Both the position numbers and the translations under genes were made by a program. From Octopus vulgaris (lineage: Eukaryota): DNA of 64,000 bases. The DNA lies in assembly GCA_951406725.2 (NCBI GenBank), contig OX597819.1, positions 47,430,001 to 47,494,000 of the forward strand, given 5' to 3'. The stretch's first letter is position 1, and each line of letters starts with the position of its first letter. Shown here piece after piece: positions 36,115-51,013 of this stretch. The notes below the pieces were generated by a model, which made no database searches, was not told the DNA's origin, and worked only from the letters and a program-made list of their open reading frames with translations.

Positions 36115-39100
36115 GACACATATGTCTACGTGTGAGTGTGTCTTTGTGCCTGAAGCTCATAAACAAAATGAGATCCTTTGGTTCATATTCATGAATAGGA
36201 CTCCTAAATATGTAGCAAATCAAACCATGGCAACCCACCCAAAGCACATCAACATAAAAAACACACACACCTAAAAATATATAACTGTATATATCCCTCT
36301 TTCTATCTGTGTGTGTGTGTGTACACATACATACACATGCACGCACACAAACATATACACACACACAGACATGCATATATATGCACACATACACACACAC
36401 AAACATATATTTGTGTGTGTGTGTGTGTGTGCATACACACATACACATACATTTATTTAAACCTTATGTAGGTTCTTTTTATACAAAATGTAGTCTTGAA
36501 TGTGAAAACCAGAAATTTTGATGCTTTCTTATTTACATCATGTGTTTTTTTAAAGCATCCAATGGGTTATTTAATTTAGTAATAATGATTTCTTAGATAG
36601 ATATGCCACTCCACATTTGTAATGGGAGGGAAAATGGCTATGTATTCCCATCTGGGAACTGAGAAAACAGTAACTTTTTTTTAATATCATTTTATATAAT
36701 TTTTGTTGTTTCTAGTATGTGGTTTCCTTTCTTTGCCCAATTTATTCTCAATTAGACTTCAGTATCAAGTGACAATAATTTACTGTATATCATCTTGGCT
36801 AGATAATTTATCAAATTCTCTTCACCATCCATATGTTGTTATTTAACCCCAGGTCAGACCTGATGGTGTAGATATAAAATGAAAGGCATTCTTGTTATGC
36901 CCATCCAGTGTTATTTCTTTCAACTATACTTTATAGTAATTTTTAATAATGTCAGAGCAGTAAATATTACTGACACATCACACATAATATAAAAGTACTT
37001 TTTACAACAGCAGAAGACACTTGCCCAAGATGCCAGTACAGTGGGATCAAACCCAATTTACAATCAGATAGTTGCAAAGTGAATTCCTTAAATACTTAAC
37101 TATTCCTGTCAATCTATCTCCTGAAGAAACCATAAAATGTGATGTGTTTGCCCCCCATATCCTTGGTATATTATTCTTATTCATTAACCCCTGGTCAGCC
37201 CTATGACCAAAGGTGCTCTAGATATGACCATCCCATCTTTTGTTTTTAGCAGGTCCATCAATGGTTATTTTACTGTTTGTCTCTCAAGATTTTAATTATT
37301 ATAGAATTAGGCTTCACTTTATTGCATTAATTCAGCATTCAAATTTGTGTCTTAACAAAAGGAGTTTCCAAATGTGTTTTGTCCTAAATTAGAAAGTATT
37401 TGTAAAGGAATACGCAAAAGTATGCATTTAAAGCTCTATGAAATATTACTTATATATTTATTAAAATGTTTATATTCCATTCCATAAACAACAATGCCAC
37501 AGGTTTCCAGCATGTCATTCACTGGTTCACTGCATTGACAATGGTGAGAGTAATAAGTGGTATCTGTGCAATGCAGGCAGAACAAATATTACAAAAGATG
37601 TTTTATTACAAGAGATGTCTTCTTAGGACAAAGACAACAGTAACTAGCCTATCAACATGGTACATACGTTAAGTACAATACATAGATGACTACATTATTA
37701 TTGATTTTTAAAATCTGTTATTTGCCTGCCCTGTATCATTTTTATAAACCTTCAGCCTAGCTGTTTTCTATGTCTCTGTTCTTCCTTATTTCAGCTTAAT
37801 TTTTGAAAAGCAATTTTATGCTGTAATGCCTTAGAATTCCTGGATCCTATATAATGCCAACCATCCATTCCAGTCACTCCTCATAGCAATGAAGTCACCT
37901 TATTGTATGTAATGATCATTGTATCTATCTAACACATAACTATTATCTCAGTTTACTTCCACCTAATCAATCCCCATAGCATAAAACCCCATGCAACTCA
38001 TTCCTCCCCACATACATCATTTAGTAAAAATAAATAAATACTTTTGAAAATTTCAATTCTAGATTAAAATATTGATAAGCAACTTACTAGTTTAAGCTAC
38101 TTAAGATTGATATTAATTTTATTTTAATTGTTTACAATTTGGCTTTTTTAAAAAAATACTATTTTCATTGATTCCCAAACTTTAGGAAACAGTTGTTGGG
38201 AAGGATATTGACAAAATATTTTAGCTTACAGAAAGAAATCAATATATTTACTATCCTGATCACAGTGAATATGGAATGGGTTAGAACTTGATTCAGTTAG
38301 TATGACAGAATATTTCACCAACTTTTATAAATGTAAAGATAGCAAGAACAGAAATCCATATGCAGATGGTAAACATACCACCAGTGTTTATATAAATACA
38401 TAAGGAACGCAGAAAACATAATCAGTATTTATGCTTTATATAAAGTACATGTGTTTTAGAAGACTAGCAAAACATCAATTACATGAGCATAAATGCAGGA
38501 GTCCACACACCAGCCTATCAAAAGTTATAAAGATTAACCCACATCAGAGAAAAGTGTAGAACTGATCTATAGTGCCCATACTGTTTGGTAATGTGTTGCA
38601 CCTTTCAGCACATCTGGAACTGAATGTGTATGTATGTATTCTTTTCTACTCTAGGCACAAGGCCTAAAATTTCTGGGCAAGGGGCTGGTCGATTAGATCG
38701 ACTCCAGTATGCAACTGGTACTTAATTTATTGACCCCAAAAGGATGAAAGGCAAAGTCGACCTCAATGGGTGTATATATATATTCTATTACAGGTGTTCC
38801 CTGTTTTATATATATGTTGAGTTCCTGAGAAATCTATAAAAATTATAGAATTTTATAATGCAAAACCTATTTCAGAAGTAAAGCCGATGATCATAAATTT
38901 CTATGTAACATAAAAATCAATGGGTAAATAAGTATCATGGTATGGAATTCCATATTTTGACAAAATTTTCAGGAATATCATACTACTGTAATGCAGGGGT
39001 GTCCATAATTTCTTTTTGACTTCTTCCCTTACTCTGTTTTTGCATAATAAAGAGATCTACAGTGTCACAACTCAAAAATTATTTCTGGTCCTGTCAATAT

Positions 39101-39543
39101 CTTTTTTGTGATCCAGACTTCTATTTAAATTTCTGATTGTTTCATTCCATATTGCTATTCATATCACCTCCATCTCAGCTACCATATTTTAATTCAATAT
39201 ACTTTATTACTTTTTAACCAAGCATGCATTATGCTCTTTTCCCCCAACATGCATTATTATTGTTTAATCTAACCTTGTGTTATCGCTTTTCAACCCAGCA
39301 TGCTCTGTTGCTTTTTAACCCAGCCAACATTATCACTTTTCATATCAAATATTTATAACATTCACTCTTACATATTCACAACTTCATACTTCTGATACAC
39401 CAAAACAAATTGTAATTACATTGTAAATACAGTACAATCAATAAGCAGGAACATTGTAAATTAGATGTAATAAAGATTTACATCATGTATGCACATACAC
39501 ACACAAATTGGTTTCTATAGTAGGACAATAAGAGAGTATTTAC

Positions 39544-39646
39544 CTCAGCATGGTAAGTTGCACAGGGTCTTTTGTCCTTTTCATCAGTTGTACGGATGCA
39601 GATCTTACTTTCCATTTGTCCCTGTATTTCTTTCCCTTGAGAATAG
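39544..39646 (-). CDS. A2M/TEP-like exon (MG3): YSQGKEIQGQMESKICIRTTDEKDKRPCATYHAE
   Basis: 103 nt phase 2 to 0, GAG|gtaaat donor; equivalent to 'YTYGKPV.G'. Confidence 0.88.
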
Positions 39647-42103
39647 CTCAAAACACAAAACAACAACAATATATAAATATAAGGCAATATGAATTTCAGA
39701 AGTTAAAGTATAGAATAACATTTTGTTTTAATTTGTATTTTAAAAGTGAAAAAAATCCCCCAGAATAATGAAGAATTTAATAAGATAATGAACCCTTTAC
39801 CTTTGGGTCATGAGTTATAAGTCAATGAAAAAGATTCAGTTTTAGAAAGTATAAAAGATCTGATTCTATGACAGGACAATAATTTATACATTTATTAAAA
39901 TAAATTTTCATTTTCATCTTGTTTTACCCTTTATAATCTATATTCAAGATCGTAAGTAGTGATGTAGACATAAAAACACCAAGGATAATTATTGGGTACA
40001 ACCCAGGGTGCAGCTAGAGTTTGTGCTGCTCAGAGTAGCTCTTGAGTGTGCCATTTCCACCCCCATCCTGACCCTTAAACCTATATAGGCTTATACAGCA
40101 GACTCCAAAGTGCTGCCTTCATAAATGCATCACCCAGGCAGGACTGCACCCTTTGTCTCACTAGCTACCTTACTGGTACAGTGTGAGAGCCTACAGCTTT
40201 ACATGATAAATCAAGTACATCTTACCCTGGCCTTTTATTCTTATATATTTGATAAACTAAAAGTAACCAACTGTCCAAAGTGACTAAGCTCACACTGATT
40301 GTCTAATATGATAAAAATGCAAATTTTGGGCAAACAAAACATACAGAAGATCCAGCATTATATCCAAGGAGAAGGTATACTAACATTATTATTTCTTTTC
40401 TTCGAACAGAAATATCATAGTCTGTTAAGGTTCACAATGAAATTGAACCATTGTAAAATATTATTACAACAGTGCATTTGAGATAACAACAGAGGTAGCA
40501 GTGAGACATCACTTTAGTAGCTTACTGGAGTTAGTGATTATTTTACTCAAGAAAGGAATTTAGAACATATGTAATCTGATAGGTTGGTAAGTCACTGGGC
40601 TATCTTTGAAATTTAAATAGTTAAGTACTATGGTGGTAGATTGGCTGAATTGTGAGCTCATTAGGCAAGTGCTCTTTGATATTTCATTCTAGTCTTTTAT
40701 ATTTCAAATTTAAATTCAGCTGAGCTCAACTTTCACTTTTATCCTTCTAAGGCCAGTATAATAAAGTACCAGCCTTGACTCAATCAACTAATACCTATAT
40801 CTCACATGTTTCTCCAAGCAAGAAGCTACAGCTGAGAATCTGAAGAAATTGTCTTAGTGCCTCTCACACTTTAAGAACAGAAGAAGGTGTAAATCTCAAT
40901 GGCCACAGTGCTTCTGTGAAGAACAGTGACTCCCACCCTGGTACTTTTAGCTTTAAAGAAGGGGTAAAGTCATAGAAGCAAACTCTGATATTGACAAGAT
41001 ATGTGGCATTTCTGTTATTGTGCCTGATGCAAGCTGACAGAAGTGTTTATGGTATTGAACTATTGATCCAGATGTTGAATTCAAATCTACTGTAAACATT
41101 TTATTACATAATTCTACATAAGCCCTTACAACTACTGTTGGAAATAATAATATAGTTGAGTTATGCCACTTTAGAGCTACTTAGATTAATATAGGCCCTA
41201 AGAGACTGGGCCACAATTATCACCTGCTTGTGTATGTTTAGGTTTGTCAACTTGTTTAGGGTTTGTTCCACTTGAGAGGAAGTAGAAGTTGATCTGCAAC
41301 CTACCATGTCATGAAAGATTAAACAATTATATAATACTCGTCAATAGTAAATTGAGCTTCATTTATAGCAATATGGATTAAGCTGTTGATTGTTGTAGAT
41401 ATATCAAGAACTGTAAGAGGCTCATAGAGGCTGATGCTTAATTTCAACTGCAATAACTGGATAAAGGTAAATCTCTTTCTAGATAAAACATCTTTCTATT
41501 GTACATAATATTCCCAGATTTTATTTGTAATGTACTTTGCTCTTGAGAACTAGATGAACTAAAGTGCAAAGAATTAAAGGTACAGTCCCATAATGAAATA
41601 CTTGCAGTGGAATTGAACTCAAAGTTTTCAAACCAGTAGTGTAGTACCATATCATACTTAATTTAGTTTCAAAATTAACAGGTAGGAGTTCTTTGGGAAG
41701 AGAGTAGAACAGTTTAGTTAGTGCTAGTACTGAGATGTGAACCTTCAACTTCTTGGTTTATTAGGCCAGCACTCTACTGACTCAGCAACATATAGCTTTT
41801 CCCTGCTGCATCAAAGCCTTATAAAATTTTTAAAAAATAGCACAAGGTGACAGTGGTGATAGAGGTGATGGTGATGGGATGTTTAGCTCTCTATAAGTTT
41901 ACAAAAACTTTAGAAATAGACAAGAATCCAAATCATGTTATCAGTTACAAAGATCTGCTAAAAGAATTGACTTCAAAATATAGAAACAAAAAAACAAAAA
42001 GAGGTGGAGTGTAATAGTTTGAAGTCAAATCTAAAACAAAACAAAACAACATATCACTAAACATTATGTAACTTGTCTTTCAAAACATACCCATGCTTAT
42101 TTC

Positions 42104-42144
<41 letters not shown>

Positions 42145-43299
42145 GAATAAATAAAGTAACAGATTAATTTCTTTATCAATACTAAAGACATAAAAAAATA
42201 ATGGAAAGAAAAAGAAGTTTAATGTAAATAAACATTAGAAGACAATAAACTAGTTGAAGATGATTCACATGTCAAAAGATGTATGCGTCAGTGTGTATTT
42301 ATTATGGAAGGAAGCAGATGAGAACAGATGGAAGTGATCATCAATTCAAATTTTGTTAACTAGTTCTTTTTTCTTTTTTAAATTTCAGTTGGGAGTGGGA
42401 ATTATTTTATTTGTTTTTTTTTCTATTTGTTTCTTATTCCATTTTATTTTATTATTAAGTAGCTGAAGACTCAATGAGAAATACACTACAAACAACAGTA
42501 CTGCTGTTGCAATAACAAATAATGATTTTTAATACTACAATAATAATAATAATAATAATGGCTTCAAATTTTGGTAGAAGGCCAGCAACCTCTGGGGAGG
42601 GGTTAAGTCGACTATGTTGACCCCAGTGCTCAACTGGAAATTATTTTATCAACCTCAAGAGGATATAAGTCAAAGTCAATCTTGATGAAATTTGAACTCA
42701 GAACATAAAACCAGAGGAGATACCACTAAATATTTTGTCCAGCATGCCACCTGTGGATTTGTGGTGCATATAAGCACTCTTGTTTATAACACTAGTGGCA
42801 GGTAAATCAACTGCTGCTGGGACTACCAGATTACATGATTTTGGCTTTCCTTAGCTCTGTCAATGGTAACATCACATGATTGGCTTCCACAAAGTTTCTG
42901 ACAACCAAATTTCACCAATAAGGTCTGACTAAGCAAAGGCTGTAGCAGAAATTCCTTGCCTTAAGTGTTGGGCAGTGGGATCAAATTTGCAAACATATAA
43001 TGGTAAAGTGAACTTCTTAAATTTGTAGCTAAATGAGTTCAGTAACATAAAAAAAAAAAAATAAAGCTTAAGCACATGATTGAGGAGTAAATTGTGGTCT
43101 ACCTCTAAAGAGAGCAATTAACTGAAAGATAAACTAAAAACAGAATATGTACGAAAATAGCTAAAAAGAAAGTTAATTTTAATATGTTAAATGGTACATG
43201 TATCACTGGTGGTTCATCACAAACCCACCATATGCACCACTAATGGTGCATTTTCATAATTTGAGAAAATATTTTATTCTGTATCATTGACCAGGTTTC

Positions 43300-44010
43300 A
43301 TCATCATCATCATCTCGTTTAACGCCCGCTTTCCATGCTAGCATGGGTTGGACGATTTGACGGAGGACTGGCAAACCAGATGGCTGCACCAGGCTCCAAT
43401 CTGATCTGGCAGAGTTTCTACAGCTGGATGCCCTTCCTAATGCCAACCACTCTGAGAGTGTAGTGGGTGCTTTTACATGCCACTAGCATGAGGGCCAGTC
43501 TCAAATGGTGTTTTTTACGTGCCACCTGTACAGGAGACAGTCCAGCAGCACTGGCAACGACCTCGCTTGAATGTTTTTTTCATATGCCACCGGCACAAGT
43601 GCCAGTAAGGCGACACTTATGATCATGTTCAAATGCTGCTTTTTATGCACCACAGGCATGGAAGCCAGTTAGCTGCTCTGGCAACGGTCACGCTTGGATG
43701 GTGCTCTTAGCGCTCCACTAGCACGGATGCCAGTCATCGAGTTTGATTTCGATTTCACTTGCCTCAACAGGTCTTTGCAAGCAGAGTTTAGTGTCCAATG
43801 AAGGAAAGGTACGCATAAGTAGGCTGGTTACACCCTTGGCATAGGCCATGAGGTTATGGTCTCACTTGGCTTGCCAGGTCTTCTCAAGCACAGCATATTT
43901 CCAAAGGTCTTGGTCACTAGTCACTGCCTCAGTGAGGTCTAATGTTTGAAGGTCTTCCTGGATCTACCTCTTCCACAGGTTCCCTCAACCACTAGGGTGT
44001 GGCACAGGAT
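43300..44010 (-). mobile_element. RTE LINE 3' end: ORF terminus plus family B 3'UTR
   Basis: Minus strand VEGTCGRGRSRKT near 43950-43995 continuous with family B sequence and (GAT)n tail. Confidence 0.8.
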
Positions 44011-44945
44011 ATTTAAATAACATGAGTGCTAAATATTAAAGTTTAATTATGAAATATTGTGAAAATGCAAAAAACAAAAATTATATTCCCTTGTAATTAA
44101 ACAGTATCCAGTGTAACAGCACAAAATTTGTGGTGCCACCATCAATAAGTTCCAGTAATAGGTTGTGTTAATTATTGTTAAATGACATTCATAGTTTATG
44201 CATATTGTCAGGAATGATGATGATGATAATGATGATGATTGCTTCTAATATAAGCACAAGGCCCATTTTGTGTGTAAGAAACAGCTGGTAATATTGACCA
44301 TTAGCAGGACTTATTCATTTGATTAGGACTTATTTCACTGAACCCCTCCCACCCTCACTGAGAGATGAAAGGCAAATTTATGTTGGCAAGATTTGAACTT
44401 AGAACATAAAAAGATCAAAACTGAACAACACAAAGAATTTTGTCCATTGCTGCAACCAGTTCTGCCAATCCACCACTTTAGCATCTCATGACCATTTTTT
44501 AAAACATTTTTTGTACATATGTGGTAAGTAAAAAAAAAAAAAGAAAAAGAAAAAAAGAAGAAAGTAATGTTTTATGAAAAACATATGTTGGGTTTAAATA
44601 AGAACATCACTGGATGGCAAACAGAACAGTCAGTGACATGTTAAGAGTTTTGTATGGGTTGTATGGCAATAGGAACCACAGAAACTGGGCTTGCAGAGGT
44701 GGTGGCAGTGGGGATAGATGGATGTAGGAGTGGTGGTCATGCAGAGAGAGAGATAGAGAGAGAGAGAGGTGGGGGACTCGTGTGTATGTGTGTAGGGGAG
44801 TCAAGGTGGGATTGGGGAAGAGGTTGAAAGTCAGCAGGAAGAAATAAGCTGACAGTGTTTTGTGTGTGTATATGTGTGTGTGTGTATGGCCATGTGTGAG
44901 TTACATTTATGATGCAGGGTGGAGGTGGGGATAAATAAATGTTTG

Positions 44946-44947
<2 letters not shown>

Positions 44948-45002
<55 letters not shown>
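44948..45002. repeat. (GT)n microsatellite
   Basis: Direct. Confidence 0.97.
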
Positions 45003-45011
<9 letters not shown>

Positions 45012-45936
45012 TACACAAACTTACACACACATACATGATGTATATGGCCATGTGTGAGCAATATTTTTGTCTGTGAATGAGTGATTGAATGTGTGTGTGT
45101 GTGTGTGTGTGTGTTCATATGTACACGTGTGTATGCATATGAACACACACACACATGCACGCACTGGTTTGAATCAGTATCTGTGTGAGTGAGTGTATAC
45201 ACATCCATCAAATAGAACAGCTCTGTAAACAGATATATCACCAAAAGGAGATTATAATGTTAACCCGGAGAGGGAAGGAGGTAATGTTAAAATCAGAAAT
45301 AAAACAAAACCAATAAATAAGTAAATGAAATAACAATAATAAATGAATAAATAAATCACACAAAAAAGTACTTAAGAAAGGATGTAACAAAAAAAAAAGA
45401 AAAGAAAAATGAAGGGGCACCAGAGAAGTAAAGACGTGAAAGATTCAAAAGAAGTAAAAACAAGAAACTACCATGGAAGACAAAAGCTTATTAAAGAGAA
45501 ATTTATCACTATTTAGGTAATATATTTTTGGTGTATAAAGAAGGATAAGTTCTTATATACTGTCAAATGGATTGTTTGTTTAGTTTGAAAGCAAAGAAGG
45601 AAAAAAAATGTTCTCACCACACACAAAAAAAAAAAATAATCAAAAACAAACGTGTAACAAAGAAACAACAACCCAAAGACTTATAATGATGAGGAGAGAT
45701 ACTTGAAGGAAAATTAGGCTCAATGTTAAGCTAAATGAATGTTGTAAATAATAGAATTTGTATTAACTGACTTTTTTTTTTCCTCTTAATTTTTAAGTGA
45801 CAGGGTGGATGTGACTGTATATCATAAAAACATTTCTAAGGAATGAACAAATACCTGTCACTGTGTGTGTTCGTGGGTGTGAATGTATGCTAACACACAT
45901 ACTCTCTCTCTGTCTCTCTCTCTCTATATATATAGA

Positions 45937-46318
45937 GGCGCAGGAGTGGCTGTGTGGTAAGTAGCTTACTTACCAACCACATGGTTCCAGGTTCAGTCCC
46001 ACTGCGTGGCACCTTGGGCAAGTGTCTTCTACTATAGTCTCAGACCGACCAAAGCCTTGTGAGTGGATTTGGTAGACGGAAACTGAAAGAAGCCCGTTGT
46101 ATACATGTATATGTGTTTGTGTGTCTGTGCTTGTCCCTCCAACATCCCTTGACAACCAATGTTGGTGTGTCTACGTCCCCGTAACTTAGCAGTTCGGCAA
46201 AAAGGGTCCAATAGAATAAGTACTAGGCTTACAAACAATAAGTCCTGGGGTAAATTTGTTCGACTAAAGGCAGTGCTCCAGCATGGCCACAGTCAAATGA
46301 CTGAAAACAAGTAAAAGA
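45937..46318 (+). mobile_element. SINE family A (plus orientation)
   Basis: Head ggcgcaggagtggctgtgtggtaag...ggttcagtccc, full length. Confidence 0.85.
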
Positions 46319-47062
46319 ATATATATATATATATATAGACTATTTTATTAAAGCCCTCCAAAAAGTAGATTATTCTGCATTATCAAAACTGACAAACAGT
46401 CACTAAGTAACAGTTTGTGAATTTTTTCAGCTTTAATAAAATAGGACTTTACTCTACTTTTGGTAGTCTAGTACTATTTTTTATGCACACACATATATTA
46501 AAAATGGGGAAGGCTGGTTTATGGGATTACCTTAGGTTTCCCATCCACAAAGGGTTTAGCTTTAAGGCATATCATCAGGTCCCAAAAACCTGTTGTCCCA
46601 TGACCTCTTAAAAGTATCTATCTATCTATATATTATATATATATATATACATATGGTTGGTGTTAGGAAGGGCATCCAGCTGTAGAAACCTTGCCAGATC
46701 AGACTGGTGCCTAGGCAGCCTCCCGGCTTGCCAATCCTCAGTCAAACCATCCAACCCATGCCAGCATGGAAAGCAGATGTTAAATGATGACGATTATATG
46801 TGCAAGTGTGACAGTGTGATAAGAAGTTTGCTTCCCAACCATATGATTCCAAGTTCAATCCCACTGCATGGTACCTTAGACAAGTGTCTTCGACTATAAC
46901 GTTAGGCTAAATAAGGCCTTGTGAGTGGATCTTGTACACAGAAACTGAAGGTTTATTTATGCCCCTGTAACCTAGTGGTTTGGCAAAAGAGACAGATAGA
47001 ATAAGTACCAGGCTTTAAAAAAAAGTGCTGGGTGCAATTTGTTTGACTAAAATGCTCCTTAA

Positions 47063-47282
47063 CCCTTTAGCATTCAGATTATTCTGTCAAATGTAATGCT
47101 TATTTATTTACATTGTTTTAAATTAATCAAGTATTATCTCATAGCTTTGAAATTTCAATGATGTAATGGTTTAGTTTTAGAATGACATTGTAGGGTAGGT
47201 ATGACAGGCTGGATCTGGCTAGTTTGAACATAAAATGGGTATAATATTTGGGTCAGATATGGCTGATTTAAATGCTAAAGGG
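47063..47282. mobile_element. piggyBac-type MITE with TTAA TSD, nested in a SINE
   Basis: TTAA-ccctttagcatt ... aatgctaaaggg-TTAA. Confidence 0.9.
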
Positions 47283-47314
47283 TTAAGGCAGTGCCCCGGC
47301 ATGGCAACCACTGT

Positions 47315-48290
47315 CTATACATGATTATAGTGACAATTTTAGTGTACAGGTAGGTGTTCACCAAGGCTCGGTCCTCAGCCACTTCCTATTTATCTTCATC
47401 CTCCAGGTCATAACAGAGGAATTTAAGACTGGAAGCCCATAGGAACTATTATATACTGATGATCTTGCCCTCATAGCAGAATCTGTAAGAGGACTAGAAA
47501 AATTCCAGATGTTGAAATAAAACCTGGAATCAAAAGGTCTTAAAGTTAACTTAGTAAAGACCAGGGTCTTAGTAAGCAAAAAATCAGATAGGACCTGTCA
47601 GGTAAATGACTCTGCTTGATATGTAGGAAAGTTGTAGGCAAGAATTCTATTTGACATACCCAGTGCAAGCTATGGACATACAAGATGTGCAGCGGAATAG
47701 CAGAAAGATTAACAGAGAATGTAGTATTTGTATGTGGAAGATATGCAGGAGTCATAGTGACCACAGCTACATGGGGAACTGATTTCATCAAATGCCCTTG
47801 AGGCTCTCTAGAAGTAGTAGATAATTTCTGTTACCTAGGTGAGCTAATTAGCAGTGGTGGAGGAGGTATCGAAAGTGTAATTGTTAGAATAAGAACAGGA
47901 TGGAAAATGTTCAGAGAGCTTTTACCTGTTGGCAACCAAAGGTCTCTCTCAGTGAAAGGAAAATTGTATGATACATGTGTATGAACAGCAATGATACATG
48001 GTAGTGAGATGTGTGTCCTGAATGTAGAAGACACATGAGGACTAGAGAGGAATGAAGCTAGTATGCTACGCTTGATGTTCAGAGTGCATGTGCAACAAAG
48101 CACTAGTATATTGAGAGAAAAGTTAGGTGTAAGGGGAATTAAACGCAGAGTGAAAGAGAGAAAACTATGCTGGTTTTGTCATGTGATGCATATGGATGAG
48201 GACAGTTGCTTAAAGAAGTGCTGATCACTTAAAGTGGATGGAAGTTGTAGAAGAGGGAGACCCAGGAAAACATGGGATGAAGTATTGAAT
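47315..48290 (+). mobile_element. RTE-clade LINE fragment (RT, PHD-like insert, C-terminus), decayed
   Basis: GVHQGSVLS, LLYTDDLAL, KGLKVNLVKT, LEVVDNFCYLG, GRPRKTWDEV motifs. Confidence 0.9.
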
Positions 48291-48319
48291 AGTTTTGAGA
48301 TTTTATTGTCACTAGCATT

Positions 48320-48657
48320 TTGTAAAAGCATCCATATTATTCCAAAATCTCTCGTGGAAGCGTCATCCAACCAAAATGGAAATATATGGGAAACTACCAC
48401 CTGTGTCATCTCTTGTGAAAGGTAGGAGAGTCCAGTTTGCTGGACATTGTTGTAGAGCTGAAAACGAGGCAATTTCTACTCTTCTCCTCTGGAAGCCATC
48501 TACTCACAATACCAGAGGGCACACACTTTCCTACCCTGATGTAATCTCCAGACATCCAGCAACAGGACCTCTGTAATGCCATGATGGACTGTGAAGTCTG
48601 GCGTAGCATGGTAAATTCCATTGTCTCGACCACGGTCGAACAATGATGAATGATGAT
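48320..48657 (+). mobile_element. Different RTE/RTEX-like LINE 3' end
   Basis: IYGKLPPVSSLVKGRRVQFAGHCCRA..E.IS.LLLWKP; (tga)n tail. Confidence 0.75.
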
Positions 48658-49057
48658 TCCAAACATCTGCATTGAGTGTATATATGCTCAGGATCTTTCT
48701 AACATGTCAAGCATTTCTGAAATTACTATGTTAGTTTAGTTCCCAGGTTAGCTTTGTACCTGGAGGCCATCCTGGCTTTTCTCAGACAGTTTATACATAG
48801 GTAGGACTACATTCTCAAATGTTTTATGTGTTTTTTTAAAGAAAGTAGGATATGGTTTAAAGGATATTAAATTGCGATTTATAGCAGCTTAATCTCCCTA
48901 AAACTACATCCCACCTTCTTTATAACAGTTCAGGTGAGATATGTTGTGACCACACTAGTCTGTAGTTTATCATAACATCCAGATTTTCAAGTAATGTTTT
49001 TTTTTTCATACACTGCTTATGATTCTTAAAAGTGAAAAAATCAAGGTTTAATAGCCA

Positions 49058-49467
49058 TTTACTCTTTTACTCATTTACTTGTTTCAGTCATTTGACTGTG
49101 GCCATGCTGGAACACCACCTTTAGTCGAGCAAATCGACCCCAGGACTTATTCTTTGTAAGCCTAGTACTTATTCTATCGGTCTCTTTTGCCGAACCGCCA
49201 CGCTATGAGGATGTAAACACACCAGCATCAGTTGTCAAGCGATGTTGGGGGGAGGACAAACACAGACACACTGACATATACACACACGCACACACATATA
49301 TATATGACAGGATTCTTTCAGTTTCTGTCCACCAAATCCACTCACACGGCTTTGGTCGGCCTAGGGCTATAGTAGAAGACACTTGCCCAAGGTGCCACAC
49401 AGTGGGACTGAACCTGGAACCATAAGGTTCATAAGCAAGCTACTTACCACACAGCCACTCCTATGCC
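49058..49467 (-). mobile_element. SINE family A
   Basis: Full-length match. Confidence 0.85.
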
Positions 49468-50784
49468 TTATTAATTTTTAAAATTTTTTTTTGTGAAACT
49501 ATTACTTTGCAATATGATACTTCAAATATCACTTTCCAGTTAACCACCAAAGTTTTCATTCTTTGCTGAAGTTGATTGCTGACAGGTTACTTTTACCTGT
49601 TGATCTTACTGAAGTAAATAGGTTTTATGGACTTTATAACAAGGGCAAGAACAACTGTGAAAAAATGAACAGAAGTGAGATTTATGAGACTGATATACAT
49701 TGAGATGACAGATCAGATATGTAACATTGACTGATCACCTGTTAATGTAGCCTTGCAGCCACCTAATTAATGTTTCAGGTATCACTTTAAATTCATGTTT
49801 TTTATAATAATTACTGGTATCCTTATATATTACTATATTTTATATCTTATATATAAAGAATAATATGTTACATGTATGTATGTATGTATATTATTGTAAT
49901 TATCAGCTTAGTAAATAAATAAATAAGTTAACATACTAAGTCTAAAAGTTGATGAACCACCTATTGTTCTCCTCCATTTTCTTATTGCTATATAAATTAA
50001 TGGTAAAATATCTCTTTACCTTCACCCATTTAGTACACTAGGTAATGTAATAGCAATGCAATAAAAAACACTTGTGTATTAATAATTGGGTATTCTACCA
50101 GCAATATATTGGATAGATATTATCCCTCAGTGGGTTGGATTCACAACCTCTAACTTTCTTGGAGTTATATATATATATATATATATATCGGTGACATGTA
50201 AAAAGCACCAACCGATCATGGTCGTTTGCCAGCCTACTCTGGCCCCTGTGCCAGTGGCACGTAAAAAGCACCCACTACACTCACGGAGTGGTTGGCGTTA
50301 GGAAGGGCATCCAGCCGTAGAAACATTGCCAGATCAGACTGGGCCTGGTGTAGCCTTCTGCCTTCTCAGACCCCAGTTGAACCGTCCAACCCATGCCAGC
50401 ATGGAAAGCGGATGCTAAACGATGATGATGATATTTGGTTAAAATGGCTTATTGATGTGTTTTGTTCCTTTTTTTTTTTTACGCTGACAAGATGATTGCA
50501 TTGTTTTACATCATTTTCATTTCCTCTGGAATAATCTAAATGCTTTTTTCAAAACATATGTTGAAAGTATAAATGATTTGAATAACACCTGCATTTGACT
50601 CCATCTCTTAATTTATCCATGTCATACAAAAACAATTCATTTAACCCTGGAATTTCTATTTTTATATGCAGGGTGTAATAGTTTTGGCACTTATATGAAT
50701 TTTTGCTACCCTGGTAACTATTTATTTATTTATCCTTGTTATTTGTACACATTGAAAAAATATATATACATTTATATGTATATA

Positions 50785-50836
<52 letters not shown>

Positions 50837-50934
50837 TAAAACGGTAAGATAACAAAAGAAAGAAAGAGACCTCAATATTATGTAAATAGAGGAAATTTAT
50901 CTATAAAATAATATGTTACATTACTCGATAGTCA

Positions 50935-50997
50935 AGATAAAACTCTGAGTTTCAGATGTCGAAGTGGGAATCCACAACGCCATCTCTTCGGTTATCT
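50935..50997 (-). ncRNA. Minimal hammerhead (U4C core variant)
   Basis: AGAUAA CCGAAGA GAUGGCG...CGACAUC U GAAA CUCAGAG UU UUAUCU; stem I AGAUAA/UUAUCU, stem III ACUC-A-GAGU. Confidence 0.7.
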
Positions 50998-51013
50998 GGC
51001 TATTTAAATAGCC

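Noticed and set aside
49597-49654. Exon-like segment with cag acceptor and CAG|gtaaaa donor
   Set aside because: 58 nt, contains an in-frame stop in the required phase, and flanking exons already join in frame
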